Shown: in pieces, positions 11,991 to 24,203 of the stretch
Numbering within the stretch: the stretch's first letter is position 1
Layout of the letters: every line of letters begins with the position of its first letter
DNA from: Macrostomum lignano
Taxonomy: Eukaryota
Reading direction: 5' to 3'
NCBI GenBank assembly: GCA_002269645.1
Contig: NIVC01001402.1
Span: 232,562-296,561, forward strand
DNA: 64,000 bases
Notes under the pieces: model-generated
Told to the model about the DNA's origin: nothing
What the model saw: the letters and a program-made list of their open reading frames with translations, nothing else
The model's database searches: none
Program-made: the position numbers and the translations under genes

Positions 11991-14627
11991 ATTATTAGCA
12001 CTTAATAGGCCTATAATTTTTTATTATGATACTATGATCAGGAGAAATAGCATTTCAATATATGAGTGTCTTATAAGTTCCTAGATTTTTTATCATTGCT
12101 TTGCAATACCTTGCTCAGATTCCATGCTTGTAAATGTAAATTAAAATAAAAGAATAACAAATAAGTCATACAATTAAGTTATTTTTTATCTTTAACCATT
12201 CACAAGATGCATCAATATGTGTATCTAGCTCATATTAAGTGAGTACTATTGTTTTAAATTGCCAATTTGTCTTTTAAAAAATCACCCAAGAGCTCTATTC
12301 ATTGGAAGTTTTCATTTTGAACTTGTGATTGCTAATGTGTTACTTGTAATAGACATGTCAATGTCTATGGTCAAACCTTGGTGCCCAAATTGCTAATGAG
12401 AATTCTGCTACCAGCATAGGTTATCCCACATAAGTGTTTGCCATGCCTTACTTGGGCTAGGTATGTATATATAGTCCAATAGATAGAAGACAGTTGAAGG
12501 GCATTTTAGCATAAGATAGAAAGTTAAAACCACACTTAAATACTAATTAGCAGAGAACTGTACAAGCCAACAATTGATTATGTTCTGAGGTATGGAGATG
12601 CAAATTTGTGTATGCACTCTTTAATTGCTTTACCTGGCTGCATAACTTTGCTAATACTTATATGCATTCTCAGTAGCAAAAATGCATGCAAGTATTTGGT
12701 GACCAAATAGAGAAGCCTCATGAGAAAGTTTTATTTAACTGCTATCATTGGAGCTATCATAGGTTTTTATCCATCACACATATAAAAATAAAGTTCGCAG
12801 TTTGTAACATTGTCATTAGTACTCACCTATACACATACTTTTTGATGCAGCTTACAAATGGTTGGAGATAGAAAATTAATTCAAGTGTATGACTTATTTG
12901 CTACTTTAATTTGCATTTAAAATTGTAAAAACTGAGCAAGGTATTGCAAAGCTTTGATAAAATTCTGGAAACTTTTGGGATATCCTTGTAGTATAAATCA
13001 TTGAGATAATTTAGACAAATTTGACTGACTGTATTATGAGTAGGCATATGACAAATGAGACAATCTAACTAAATAATAATATAGAAACACTAATTACATT
13101 TGCATATATGCAATATTTGCTAGTATAAATGAAACAAAAAATAATTAATAGGTGCCTAGGCCTAGCTATTAATATTGCATCATGAAATTATAAAATCACA
13201 ATAGATTATATAGTTATACACATTAAACATTAAGGTTGTCAATGACAAGGACAAGTTGTCAATAATAAATTGTCCTCGTAAGTTGTAACTTATTAAATTA
13301 TAAAAAGCAATAACTATTTAGTATTTAAAATAAGTGTGATGTACTAAGTTGCAATATCACATTATAGATAATAGATAAGATAAGATAAGATAAGATATAG
13401 ATAAGTTAGTACATCACATTAAGATAGATGCCTCTCTGTCATTTTAATTTGTTTCACTAGTAAAATTAGTTGACAAATATAACCGCAGCAAAAGTCAGGC
13501 CTAAACTAATTTTTTTGTTTTCTTGATTAAATTATTCGAAGTTCTGTTACATTGCAATGTTTAAAGATATTAATTTTCGTGAAATGTGTAAATCAAGGTA
13601 TAAGCGGTTAATTACATAAAAATACAAACGAAATTGAGGCCTACACACTTAATCCTTTATTCTTAACCTATTACTAGCCGTAGTGTTGTGGCCCACAGTG
13701 GACCGCGTATGCAATCGGCCGGCCCCCTTTTTAGTAGTAGTAAGTTTGGCTCAGGCAAGAAGTCTGTTTGGCCAATATATTTCAATAGTAATTCAAGAGT
13801 AGAAGAATATATTTATGCATAAGTACCCCCCTTAACCTTATGCATAAGTGAGCCCCTTGATCAGCTGACAGTTGTTTTGAAAATGCTTTCTAAGAAGCTA
13901 ATGATATAAACAAAATGTTTATTTTAAAAACACTCAGACCCTTTTTTATAATAATAAGTATTCAAAAAACACACTTCTTCTTTAGATTTTACTTCAGCTC
14001 TTACCCTTTATCGTCTTCTATAATGTAAGCTTGATGCCTTTAGTTACTCATGCACAAAGACGAAGACAAAGAAGCAGCAGGATTTTATTGTATGGCTATC
14101 AGGCTATTCGATACCACTGGATATCACGTCACTATTTCGTTCCTTAGCTAACAAGACATCATAATATTCGAATTCAAGTGATTTTCTACAATCAACAATT
14201 TGCTTTTGTTTCAATCTCCCTTGCCGAATAACTTGCCCTTTATAATAAATTATTTTTGTTTCTTGTGAATATAATTGCAATTCATTTTTTGTCTTTTACT
14301 TTTTTATTTTTTTAATTACTTTTTTATACTACATCAATATATTTTTTCAGTTCCTCTCCAGTAAGTCTAGTTGGGTGGAACGAAGCCATATTTTTGTTGC
14401 TTTAATTTCCCTAAGCCCAGCCTAGATAAGCACCCAATAGAAAAGATTTTCAAGAATCTATACATGTATTGTTTTATTTATATAAATGGATGACTAGAAA
14501 GTAAAAAATGGAACTCGGGATTATCTATCAATTATATTGCAAGTCTAGGATCATTTTGACATCTAATCTAAAAAATATTAAATTCTAATCTGATTCACTA
14601 TTGAACTGTTTCAGTCAGTCTTCAATA

Positions 14628-16242
14628 ATGAGCAGGACATTTATACTCGTACTGTTGCTCTTAACAGCTCTGGCACCAGGATTCAGCAGCTTTAGCATCA
14701 GCGTCTCTGTGTCACCTGCAGTAGTGACTGTAGGCAGCCCTGCAAACCTTACTTGCAACATTGACATGGGCTGGAATGGACAATCAAGGGATCAATCTAT
14801 CTTTTGGAGCTTTAAAAATGAGAACAACGATGTGTCAGAGAACTGTAAACCTTACAATGATCGCCAGTACTCAGTCTGGCAGAACCATGCCAACTGTTTC
14901 ATAGCTACTCAGCATGTGCTCACCATCAAACAGGTGCAATGGAGCCAGCGCGGCTACTGGTACTGCAAGTACGCCAGTAACAGCAGCAATGTGTTTCTCA
15001 ATGTGACTAGTGAGTTCTATAACTGCTGCTTTAGTTTTGCTTTGTTCTTCTCAAGTTTTGTTTGTGCAGCTTGATGTGAATTCCACCCCTTCACATTCAC
15101 CCTCCAGTTCCTGCTCAAATGGAGCGGTTCACCGGTGGCCCTGTTTCCCCCGCCAAGCGGCTTCGCGGGAACGGCAGCTTATTGGCGCCCTTCGATCTCA
15201 CCACCAGCAGCGGCAGCGGCCAGGGTCTGCGGCTCTCGTGCCGCTCCAGCTGCAGCTTTCCTGCCAGCCGGCCCCGAATCCGCGCACTTGCTGGCGTCCG
15301 GCTGGCGCCCAGAGGCTGGCGGGCCGCTGTGGCCAGCAACAGCAGCAGCGGCGGCGGCTGCAGGCTGGGGCAGCGGGCGCTGGCAGTGGAGTCCGAGTTG
15401 GTCAGCTGCTCCGCTGCTGGCATCCGCGGCCGAGTCCGGTTTCGCTGCACGGTTGGCAACACAACGGCCGATCTGCATGCGCTGTGTTCTGGTGAGAGCT
15501 CTGGCTTGCTTAGTCCAACCTTCGGCTGAGTTAGTGCACCTTGGCCGAACCCGGCTGAGTTAGTGCACCTTGGCAGAACCCGGCTGAGTTAGTGCACCTT
15601 GGCCGAACCCGGCTGAGTTAGTGCACCTTGGCAGAACCCGGCTGAGTTAGTGCACCTTGGCCGAACCCGATGACTTAGTGCACCTTGGCCAAACCCGATG
15701 ACTTAGTGCACCTTGGCCAAACCCGATGAGTTAGTGCACCTTGGCCGAACCCGATGAGTTAGTGCACCTTGGCCGAACCCGATGAGTTAGTGCACCTTGG
15801 CCAAACCCGATGAGTTAGTGCACCTTGGCCAAACCCGATGAGTTAGTGCACCTTGGCCGAACCCGATGAGTTAGTACACCTTGGCCGAACCCGATGAGTT
15901 AGTGCACCTTGGCCGAACCCTTGACGTCGTATATAATTTCCTCCCCAAGTCTCAGGTGCATACCAGTACAACCCTGCTCTTCAGTGCATTTAACCAGTAT
16001 TATTACTCAATTTGGATCATCTGCTCAACTATTTTACCACAGCATCGGCCTTCCAAAATCTGCTCACTCCGGGCGAGGTGGCCGCCGCCTCAGCCGCCTC
16101 CGTTCTCGCGCTGCTGCTCGCCGGCCTAGGCTTCGCGATTTTCTGCACGGACTCGCCCGCGCAGCTGGACGGCGATGACATGGACGAAGCCGATGACAAC
16201 CGGCTCACACCGAGGGCGCGAACTCTGCCTGTGCAGGTTTGA
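14628..16242 (+). CDS. Type I membrane protein with signal peptide, two Ig-like domains, TM helix and short acidic tail, 321 aa; exons 14628..15009, 15108..15491, 16043..16242
   Basis: Signal peptide MSRTFILVLLLLTALAPGFSS. Ig1: ANLTC..IFWSF..LTIKQVQWSQRGYWYC. Ig2: LSCRSSCSFPA..W..FRCTVGN. TM: VAAASAASVLALLLAGLGFAIFC. Two phase-1 GT/AG introns, typical of Ig-domain exons; total length divisible by 3. Confidence 0.8.
15524..15920. repeat. 29-bp minisatellite (GGCTGAGTTAGTGCACCTTGGCCGAACCC) in intron 2 of the Ig gene
   Basis: Directly visible. Confidence 0.95.
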
Positions 16243-16302
16243 GTCCGCTAGACTGGCGCTCCTCGGCAGCCATTGTGAGCCTCACCTGCTGACAAGCTCT
16301 CC

Positions 16303-17150
16303 GTGACTGTGTGACTCACTGGCCGATGTGGGTAATTTTGTGACTCACTGGCCGATATGTGTGATTGTGTGACTCACTGACCGATGTGTGTGATTGTGTG
16401 ACTCACTGGCCGATGTGGGTAATTTTGTGACTCACTGGCCGATATGTGTGATTGTGTGACTCACTGACCGATGTGTGTGATTGTGTGACTCACTGACCGA
16501 TGTGTGTGATTGTGTGACTCACTGGCCGATGTGGGTAATTTTGTGACTCACTGGCCGATATGTGTGATTGTGTGACTCACTGACCGATGTGTGTGATTGT
16601 GTGACTCACTGACCGATGTGTGTGATTGTGTGACTCACTGGCCGATGTGGGTGATTGTGTGACTCACTGGCCGATGTGTGTGATTGTGTGACTCACTGGC
16701 CGATGTGGGTGATTTTGTGACTCACTGGCCGATGTGGGTGATTGTGTGACTCACTGGCCGATGTGTGTGATTGTGTGACTCACTGGCCGATGTGGGTGAT
16801 TTTGTGACTCACTGGCCGATGTGGGTGATTGTGTGACTCACTGGCCGATGTGTGTGATTGTGTGACTCACTGGCCGATGTGGGTGATTTTGTGACTCACT
16901 GGCCGATGCGGGTTCTTGTGTGACTCACTGACCGATGTGGGTGATTTTGTGACTCACTGGCCGATGTGGGTGATTTTGTGACTCACTGGCCGATGTGGGT
17001 GATTGTGTGACTCACTGACCGATGTGGGTGATTGTGTGACTCACTGACCGATGCGGGTGATTGTGTGACTCACTGACCGATGCGGGTTCTTGTGTGACTC
17101 ACTGACCGATGCGGGTTCTTGTGTGACTCACTGACCGATGCGGGTGCTTG
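16303..17150. repeat. 29-bp minisatellite (GTGACTCACTGGCCGATGTGGGTGATTTT, about 29 copies)
   Basis: Directly visible, starting about 60 nt after the Ig gene stop. Confidence 0.95.
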
Positions 17151-17624
17151 TTTCGTTGAGACAAATGTACAAAGTAGTGTTTTGAATTCAGCACTCATTC
17201 GCAGTTTTTCCGTTTGCCATCAATTTTATTTCCTGATTGCCTGGCGGCTCTGAGGCAGTCTCGCCGATTTGTTATAATGGTTCGAGTGCCCTCGAACTTC
17301 TCGAACTGACAAGTCTTTTCCGTCTCTTAGGCCAATGCATTCCGTGCTAATTTACCTGTAAATCACCTGTTCCGGTTTTATTACTCATCTGTTTTATATT
17401 AGTCCGCTAAAGCTGAGTCTCAGCTTCCACAGAGTCGCATTTTTGCCTCTTCGTTTTAATTGAAATTTTATGCGAGCCTGACCTGCCATAGTTTGCCATC
17501 ATCAGAACTGACAGTCCTAGTCCAATCATTTCTTAATAGTAGGTGCTCGCATCGCACTTTTTTATCCCTGGCTTTTATTTATCCTTTGCCAATTTTTTTA
17601 CGTCTGCTTTATATGAAGTGTCTT

Positions 17625-18700
17625 ACAGTGTACTTGGATTGATGTAACATGTTTTACATGTACATTATTGCAATGTACTTGGATTGATGTAACATGTTGT
17701 ACATGTACATTATTGCAGTGTACTTGGCTTGATGTAACATGTTGTACATGTACATTATTGCAGTGTACTTGGATTGATGTAACATGTTGTACATGTACAT
17801 TATTGCAGTGTACTTGGCTTGATGTAACACGTTGTACATGTACACTAGTACTGTGTTGGATTGATGTAACATGTTGTACATGTACACTAGTACTGTGTTG
17901 GATTGATGTAACATGTTGTACATGTACACTAGTACTGTGTTGGATTGATGTAACATGTTGTACATGTACACTAGTACTGTGTTGGATTGATGTAACATGT
18001 TGTACATGTACACTAGTACTGTGTTGGATTGATGTAACATGTTGTACATGTACATTATTGCAGTGTACTTGGATTGATGTAACATGTTGTACATGTACAT
18101 TATTGCAGTGTACTTGGCTTGATGTAACACGTTGTACATGTACACTAGTACTGTGTTGGATTGATGTAACATGTTGTACATGTACACTAGTACTGTGTTG
18201 GATTGATGTAACATGTTGTACATGTACACTAGTACTGTGTTGGATTGATGTAACATGTTGTACATGTACACTAGTACTGTGTTGGATTGATGTAACATGT
18301 TGTACATGTACACTAGTACTGTGTTGGATTGATGTAACATGTTGTACATGTACACTAGTACTGTGTTGGATTGATGTAACATGTTGTACATGTACACTAG
18401 TACTGTGTTGGATTGATGTAACATGTTGTACATGTACATTATTGCAGTGTACTTGGATTGATGTAACATGTTGTACATGTACATTATTGCAGTGTACTTG
18501 GCTTGATGTAACACGTTGTACATGTACACTAGTACTGTGTTGGATTGATGTAACATGTTGTACATGTACACTAGTACTGTGTTGGATTGATGTAACATGT
18601 TGTACATGTACACTAGTACTGTGTTGGATTGATGTAACATGTTGTACATGTACACTAGTACTGTGTTGGATTGATGTAACATGTTCTACATGTACATTAT
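17625..18700. repeat. 42/45-bp two-variant minisatellite built on palindromic TGTACATGTACA
   Basis: Directly visible; explains the DVTCCTCTL and VHVQHVTS ORFs. Confidence 0.95.
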
Positions 18701-21599
18701 TGCCTTGCAATAACATTATCATTTTTCCCTCTTCTCAATGCGCAGTAGCCCCTGTCAAATACATTTCCTTCTGCTACATGCAACTCACCTGATTCTCCCA
18801 TTGTCCTTTATCTTATGGGAGGATTTTGGACTGTATTAATCACCTAAATCGGTCAGCTTCTGGTGAATTTTTAATAAAAACTTGAATGTTAAAATGGGGT
18901 GAAGAAATTGAAAAAAAGCATTTTTAGTATCCGTGAGAACTGCATGTGCCTGCAATAATCAGGGGAGCCCTGCGGTAAAGTGTGTGCGAGTCTGTATATC
19001 AGCTGCATCGTCACAGAAATCTGATGATTCAACTGAACTGGATCGACCGTTTGCTCAAGCATGTGAGTATGTTTTTCTATTCCCACCAAAATTGCAGCGG
19101 TATGAAAAATGACATGTAATGTGCAGAGGGATGTTCAATCAGGTGCTGTATTTTTGTACATTTCATTTACCTACACATGCATGTATGCACACACAGGTAG
19201 AGTACGCGGAACATGTACATACTCACTTTGTTAGAACAAATTATTGCTAGAAATATTGTGTGCATTCAGCATTTGCACACGTTCCATTGCAATACTGCAA
19301 AGTATGAAGGATGGGATAGATCATATTTAACAAAATAAGCGCGTGGAATAGCCGGAAAAGACCGCAGACCACCTGGTCGATAGGCAGATCGACGGAGTTC
19401 GGGTTCTCGCTTTGTACCACCGACAGTTCAGGGAGTGGCCAAAAGCCATTTCCAGCCAGTGCCTTGACATCAGAGCATAGGAAGGAGACTCACTCCAGAA
19501 TGGCGGGCTTGGGCTGGAAAGCCGAAGCCTTTCCACTGCCTGACAAAACTTTCTGGAAAACTTGCGATAAAGGTAAGCCTCTACAGTCTTCTGTTGTCTT
19601 TGCATATCTAGCAATATTCTATCAGTTCATTGGTTACGAAGAAGTACATGTAGCTTCAAGTTTTAAGTAGCTCAAGTTTGAGTAAATTTGGCGATGCACA
19701 GCTTTCATCTTTTATGCAGGAAATAGCTTCTGCAAAAAATAATTTTTCGCTACCCTCAGCAAGACCAACCACCAGCTGAGGCTGACAGGCAGGGGGCCGC
19801 CCAGCCAGAGCTCATCGAGCTGCACATTACACAGGTGCAGCGGGCTCTGGGAAAACTGTGAGAACGGTCAGTTCTACGTGACCTCTGTTTGTTACCTGGC
19901 TTGACACTGACGGAAACCCACTAACGACTGTACTCGAGCAGACAGGATAACGCCTAGCTGATGCGTCGTTACTGCAGTCAGGATCATGATGGTCGAAATC
20001 CCATCAGTCTTTTTCGCGTCAACCTGCACTCGGGCTCCTGGAGTCTCCTGGACGCCCTACCAGAAGAAATTCCGCTCCAGGATGCCTTGTCGCAAGAGTC
20101 ATTTTCTGTTCCGGTGAGAACCTGGCAGCGATTAACATTAGGCTTCATGGGAAAAATATTTTCTTCTTTGGACGAGTTTTATTCAATTCCATTGAAAAAG
20201 ATGGTGCAGTTCTTAGAGAGCAGGAATTCCTAATAATTAGCTCGCATTATAACAATATTAAATAATAATCATATTGGCTACGAGACTCAGGGGTAACCAA
20301 CTTGAGTTCTTTAGCTTGCGTGTGCGAAACTTATAGAGGCGAGATCGAGATGGCATTGCCTGATGGCGTGGGCGGATGGCGTGGGCGTGGGCGGACCAGC
20401 GGACCAGATGGCGTGGGCCCACGTAGCCGACCTGCTACCGAAAGACCCTGTGGGCCACCTGGTCCGCTGCTGCGTGGCCGCTCCAGTTTTCTGCTGCCCA
20501 CGGCTGGACGAAGCAGGGCAGTGAAGTTTTGAGCGACCTTTCTGTCCTTTTACTGCTGACAGACTGAAATGTTCAGCGAATCTTAAACTTTTAAAAAATA
20601 TTTTTATTGAATCAGTGATCTTGTGGTATTGCATCCTCTCCTGCCCTTTTCTGCTGCCCTTGTAGAATATTTCTCCTACGTTATTTGACCAACCTTTAAG
20701 GCTGATTGGTCGATATCCCGAAAACTGATTGCCCGATAAATACGCCCATAATTATCTGTGCATCGGGCGCCTTCTCCCTATCTCCTTGTGATTTCTTTAG
20801 GACAGTTAATTTCCTGGAATTGGGATTTGTGCCATCAGAGACACTTGTTGAATTAAATTTTATTTTATTGCTGTGCGCTTCATAGATCTTATGTTGAGTA
20901 TACGATCTTATATTGTATTGTATTGTACATATATAGAAATTATATAATATATAAATTTGTATATGATCTTTGGTGCGCATCTGCTATTGCATGCCATTTT
21001 CTTCCAGATCCCAGTTCGCGGCTGGCGCCCATGGTGCCAGATCCCACTCTGGTCTCAGTGATTATTAATTGAGAACCTTGCCAAGAGACTGTACTCAGAG
21101 CATACTCATAATTATCTCGCTTATACTAGCAGGCATTGCCGGGCCTATGCTGTCTAGGTGAATAGCCGCCCCAACCTTCCTTCATATTTAAGCCCAGCTG
21201 AGTGAGTGGCCACCCAATGTCTCCGATACGTAACGTACTGAAGAGCATATTAATATTTCGTCTCTAAAAGACATCCTCGCCTACTTGTGCAGCTTCTAGT
21301 CTAGCCGAAACCACCTAAGTACCTTTTTCCAAGGACAGAAAAGCGAGCCCACCTCATCTGCTCTGCGAGTTGAGAGAAACTAAAGCATCGCATCTATTAC
21401 TATTTGGCTATAATTATTTTGCTTGTGGCAGCAAGAGCCAAGACAAACCGGTGATAACTCTGTTTTATCAGCTGCACAGTACAGGCCGGGTTTCCGCTGG
21501 GTCTCCGAAAGTGGTACGTTGCTGACAACTGTGCGTTATTTTAATGAAATATTTATGAATCCATTGGGTAAATCGCGTTTGCTTAAAGTTGCATTAATC

Positions 21600-23260
21600 A
21601 AGGCCGCGGATTTTGAGTCAAATAGACATTCTTAAATTTGAAGTCTTGCTTAAAACAAAAACTTGTTAACAGTTGGGATGGACGTAGGAAACTTGGAGAA
21701 AGTTCCAAAGTACATACGCAAACACTTACAGCATCTGGACAGCAATCCAACTGGATATTTTATAAATAAAATATAATAAAAAAGCGATAGCGATTTCTGT
21801 CGATCTAAAGGACCAAGTAAAAGAGATAATTAATTCTAGTGTTTAAGTATTCTAGAGAAAATAGGCAGAGTACAAGCTAGGTACTGAGACATCGTATGCA
21901 GAACATCTGCAAAACCAATGAGGAAATAAAATCTTCTGGACCAAGTCTGGAGGGACGGCGACTTGATTCTTGTTCCAGAATTGATTAGCAACAAAAATTT
22001 TTTTGTTCGAGTTTGTTGTGCTGGGGTGGGTCCATTCTGGCAAGAAAGTAAGAAGAATTATCAAATTGGGGGACTTGGTAGCTACCTGGTAGGATGTACC
22101 AAATTCCTCGTTCTCCCCTGGGAGCAAAGATGAAGAGGCCAGCTGCAGTTCCAACGCATGAGCATGCAACATAAAGTTGGCCATTGCGACTTCACACGGT
22201 CTTTCTGACCAATTTGCAGCCCTGATGGGAATCTGTGTATCTCCAGCTCCACTGGATTCGGTGATTGGAAGTGTTGGCGGCAGCTGCTGGTGTCGATATG
22301 AAGGTTAATTGGCAGGTTAATATGAAGCGAGAATTTATGTTAATGGCAGCTGCATGAATTGTCTATGGTCGAAACAGGACTTTCATGCTCTTCAATCATT
22401 GATTTTGTCTGTGGTCGAAGGCTTCAATTCTGGGTTTGCTCTCCTTCTGCCGCACTTGCACTCTACCTGGCCCCCGATGTGTTGTCTGCTTCCTCTGTTC
22501 TGTGATGTTCCTGCTTCAGCCGCGTTGTTCTGCCTTGCAGATCTGGATTGTCTAGCTGCAGCAGCCAAACAACTTAATGCGCTCTTCTTCGGGTGTTTAA
22601 ATTCTAAAGTGGCTTTAAGTAAAACTTAGTGTTACAATTTCCATTTGGTGTGTCAAAGTCAGTAGGATTGTATCGATAGCTTTTTCATATTTTTTTCGCT
22701 TTTACAAGTCTTTTTGATTGCCGTCTTCCTCATCCACTGTTGAACGGCAGAGTAGGGCAGAGTTGGGCCTGTTCAGATTGTAGGACAGTGGTTCAAAGCA
22801 CCAAAATTTCTCACCAACCTGTCCTACCCGTAGCCTGTCCATTGGGCAATGCAGAGAAGGCCGCAGATAAGCTCGTCATTCTAAACACACTACATTTATG
22901 TGTACACTACCGGTTAGCTCTGTCCCCTGTTCTGGGGGAATGAGTGAACTGCAAAAACACCAGAAAAAGCAGACAAACTTCACATGCCTACAGTTTCCGT
23001 TCTGATTGAGTTACAGAGTTGAGACTTTTGCTAAATTCAGACAGAGGAGGATAAGTCAATGAAGGATTTTGTTAAGCTTAGAGTTAATCATTTTACGTGG
23101 AGCAAAATTTTGACAGCCAAAATTCAGTCAATCTTAAAACCAATTTACAGATTTGCCAGATAGGGAAGGAGAAGTGAAGGTTGGGGTGGTTGTCTCACTG
23201 TAAAAAAACAAAATTCTAAATGTACAGTGCCGTTCAGGATTGACTCTCCCCATATGGCTT
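21600..23260. mobile_element. Old interspersed-repeat copy 2 (homologous to 9340..11660)
   Basis: Same colinear blocks as copy 1, in direct orientation, with many substitutions and indels. Confidence 0.7.
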
Positions 23261-23687
23261 AGCTACGTGAGCGCTAAGGCTCTCAGTGGACGGGGCGAGA
23301 GCCGATTGGCGATCTCAGCTTGCCTGTCCTTGGTGCAGGAAAACCAACTGCTTTTTTACATACGTAGTCTACAAGCGTTCCGGCTACGAGGGTGAATGCA
23401 CTCACTTACGCAAAATAATTCCAGTGCTCATTTTGGGCGCTTATCCGCCTCATAGTGCGATATTTGGGCTTTCTGTTTATCCTGACTCCAGTCTGGCATT
23501 AAATTAAACTGGTGCTTCCCTCGGTCAGGCGCGAGCTGTTCACTTCCGTGTGACCAACTACTCTGCCACTGCCACTGGTACAGCAAAACTGCACAGACTT
23601 TGCATCGGGTAAGTACGCTCGTACTTTAGCTATTTTCTGGGTGCGAAGCATGCTCTTCTAACTCTGTGATTTACATTTTCTCCTAAT

Positions 23688-23970
23688 TCACTCACCCACT
23701 CACTCACTCACTCACTCACTCACTCACTCACTCACTCACCCACTCTCTCACTCACTCACTCACTCACTCACTCACTCACTCACTCACTCACTCACTCACT
23801 CACTCACTCACTCACTCACTCACTCACTCACTCACTCACTCACTCACTCACTCACTCACTCACTCACTCACTCACTCACTCACTCACTCACTCACTCACT
23901 CACTCACTCACTCACTCACTCACTCACTCACTCACTCACTCACCCACTCACTCACTCACTCACTCACTCA
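23688..23970. repeat. (CACT)n microsatellite, probably inside a 5'-UTR intron (23609..24155) of the ANK-cGLR gene
   Basis: Directly visible; flanked by donor-like G|GTAAGT at 23609 and acceptor-like tttcag at 24155. Confidence 0.9.
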
Positions 23971-24203
23971 TATTCTTGGAGGCAGATGCAGTTACAATGC
24001 TACGAAAACTTAAATCCTAAATCCAACTTAATAAATCAGGATCAGTTCCAGCTACCTATGCTACTTCAAGTAAAAAGGGCAGCAGACCTGAGATGAAATC
24101 ATTGTGCCACTGACAGTGCAACAACAATGTGGAGAATTGCTGTAATTCATTTCAGAAACCTCACAACATCGGGTGATTCACAAAGTTCTCGGTTTGATGA
24201 ACA

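Noticed and set aside
17598-18792. Cys-rich (DVTCCTCTL) and His-rich ORFs as metallothionein-like proteins
   Set aside because: They are translations of a 42/45-bp tandem repeat open in several frames on both strands.
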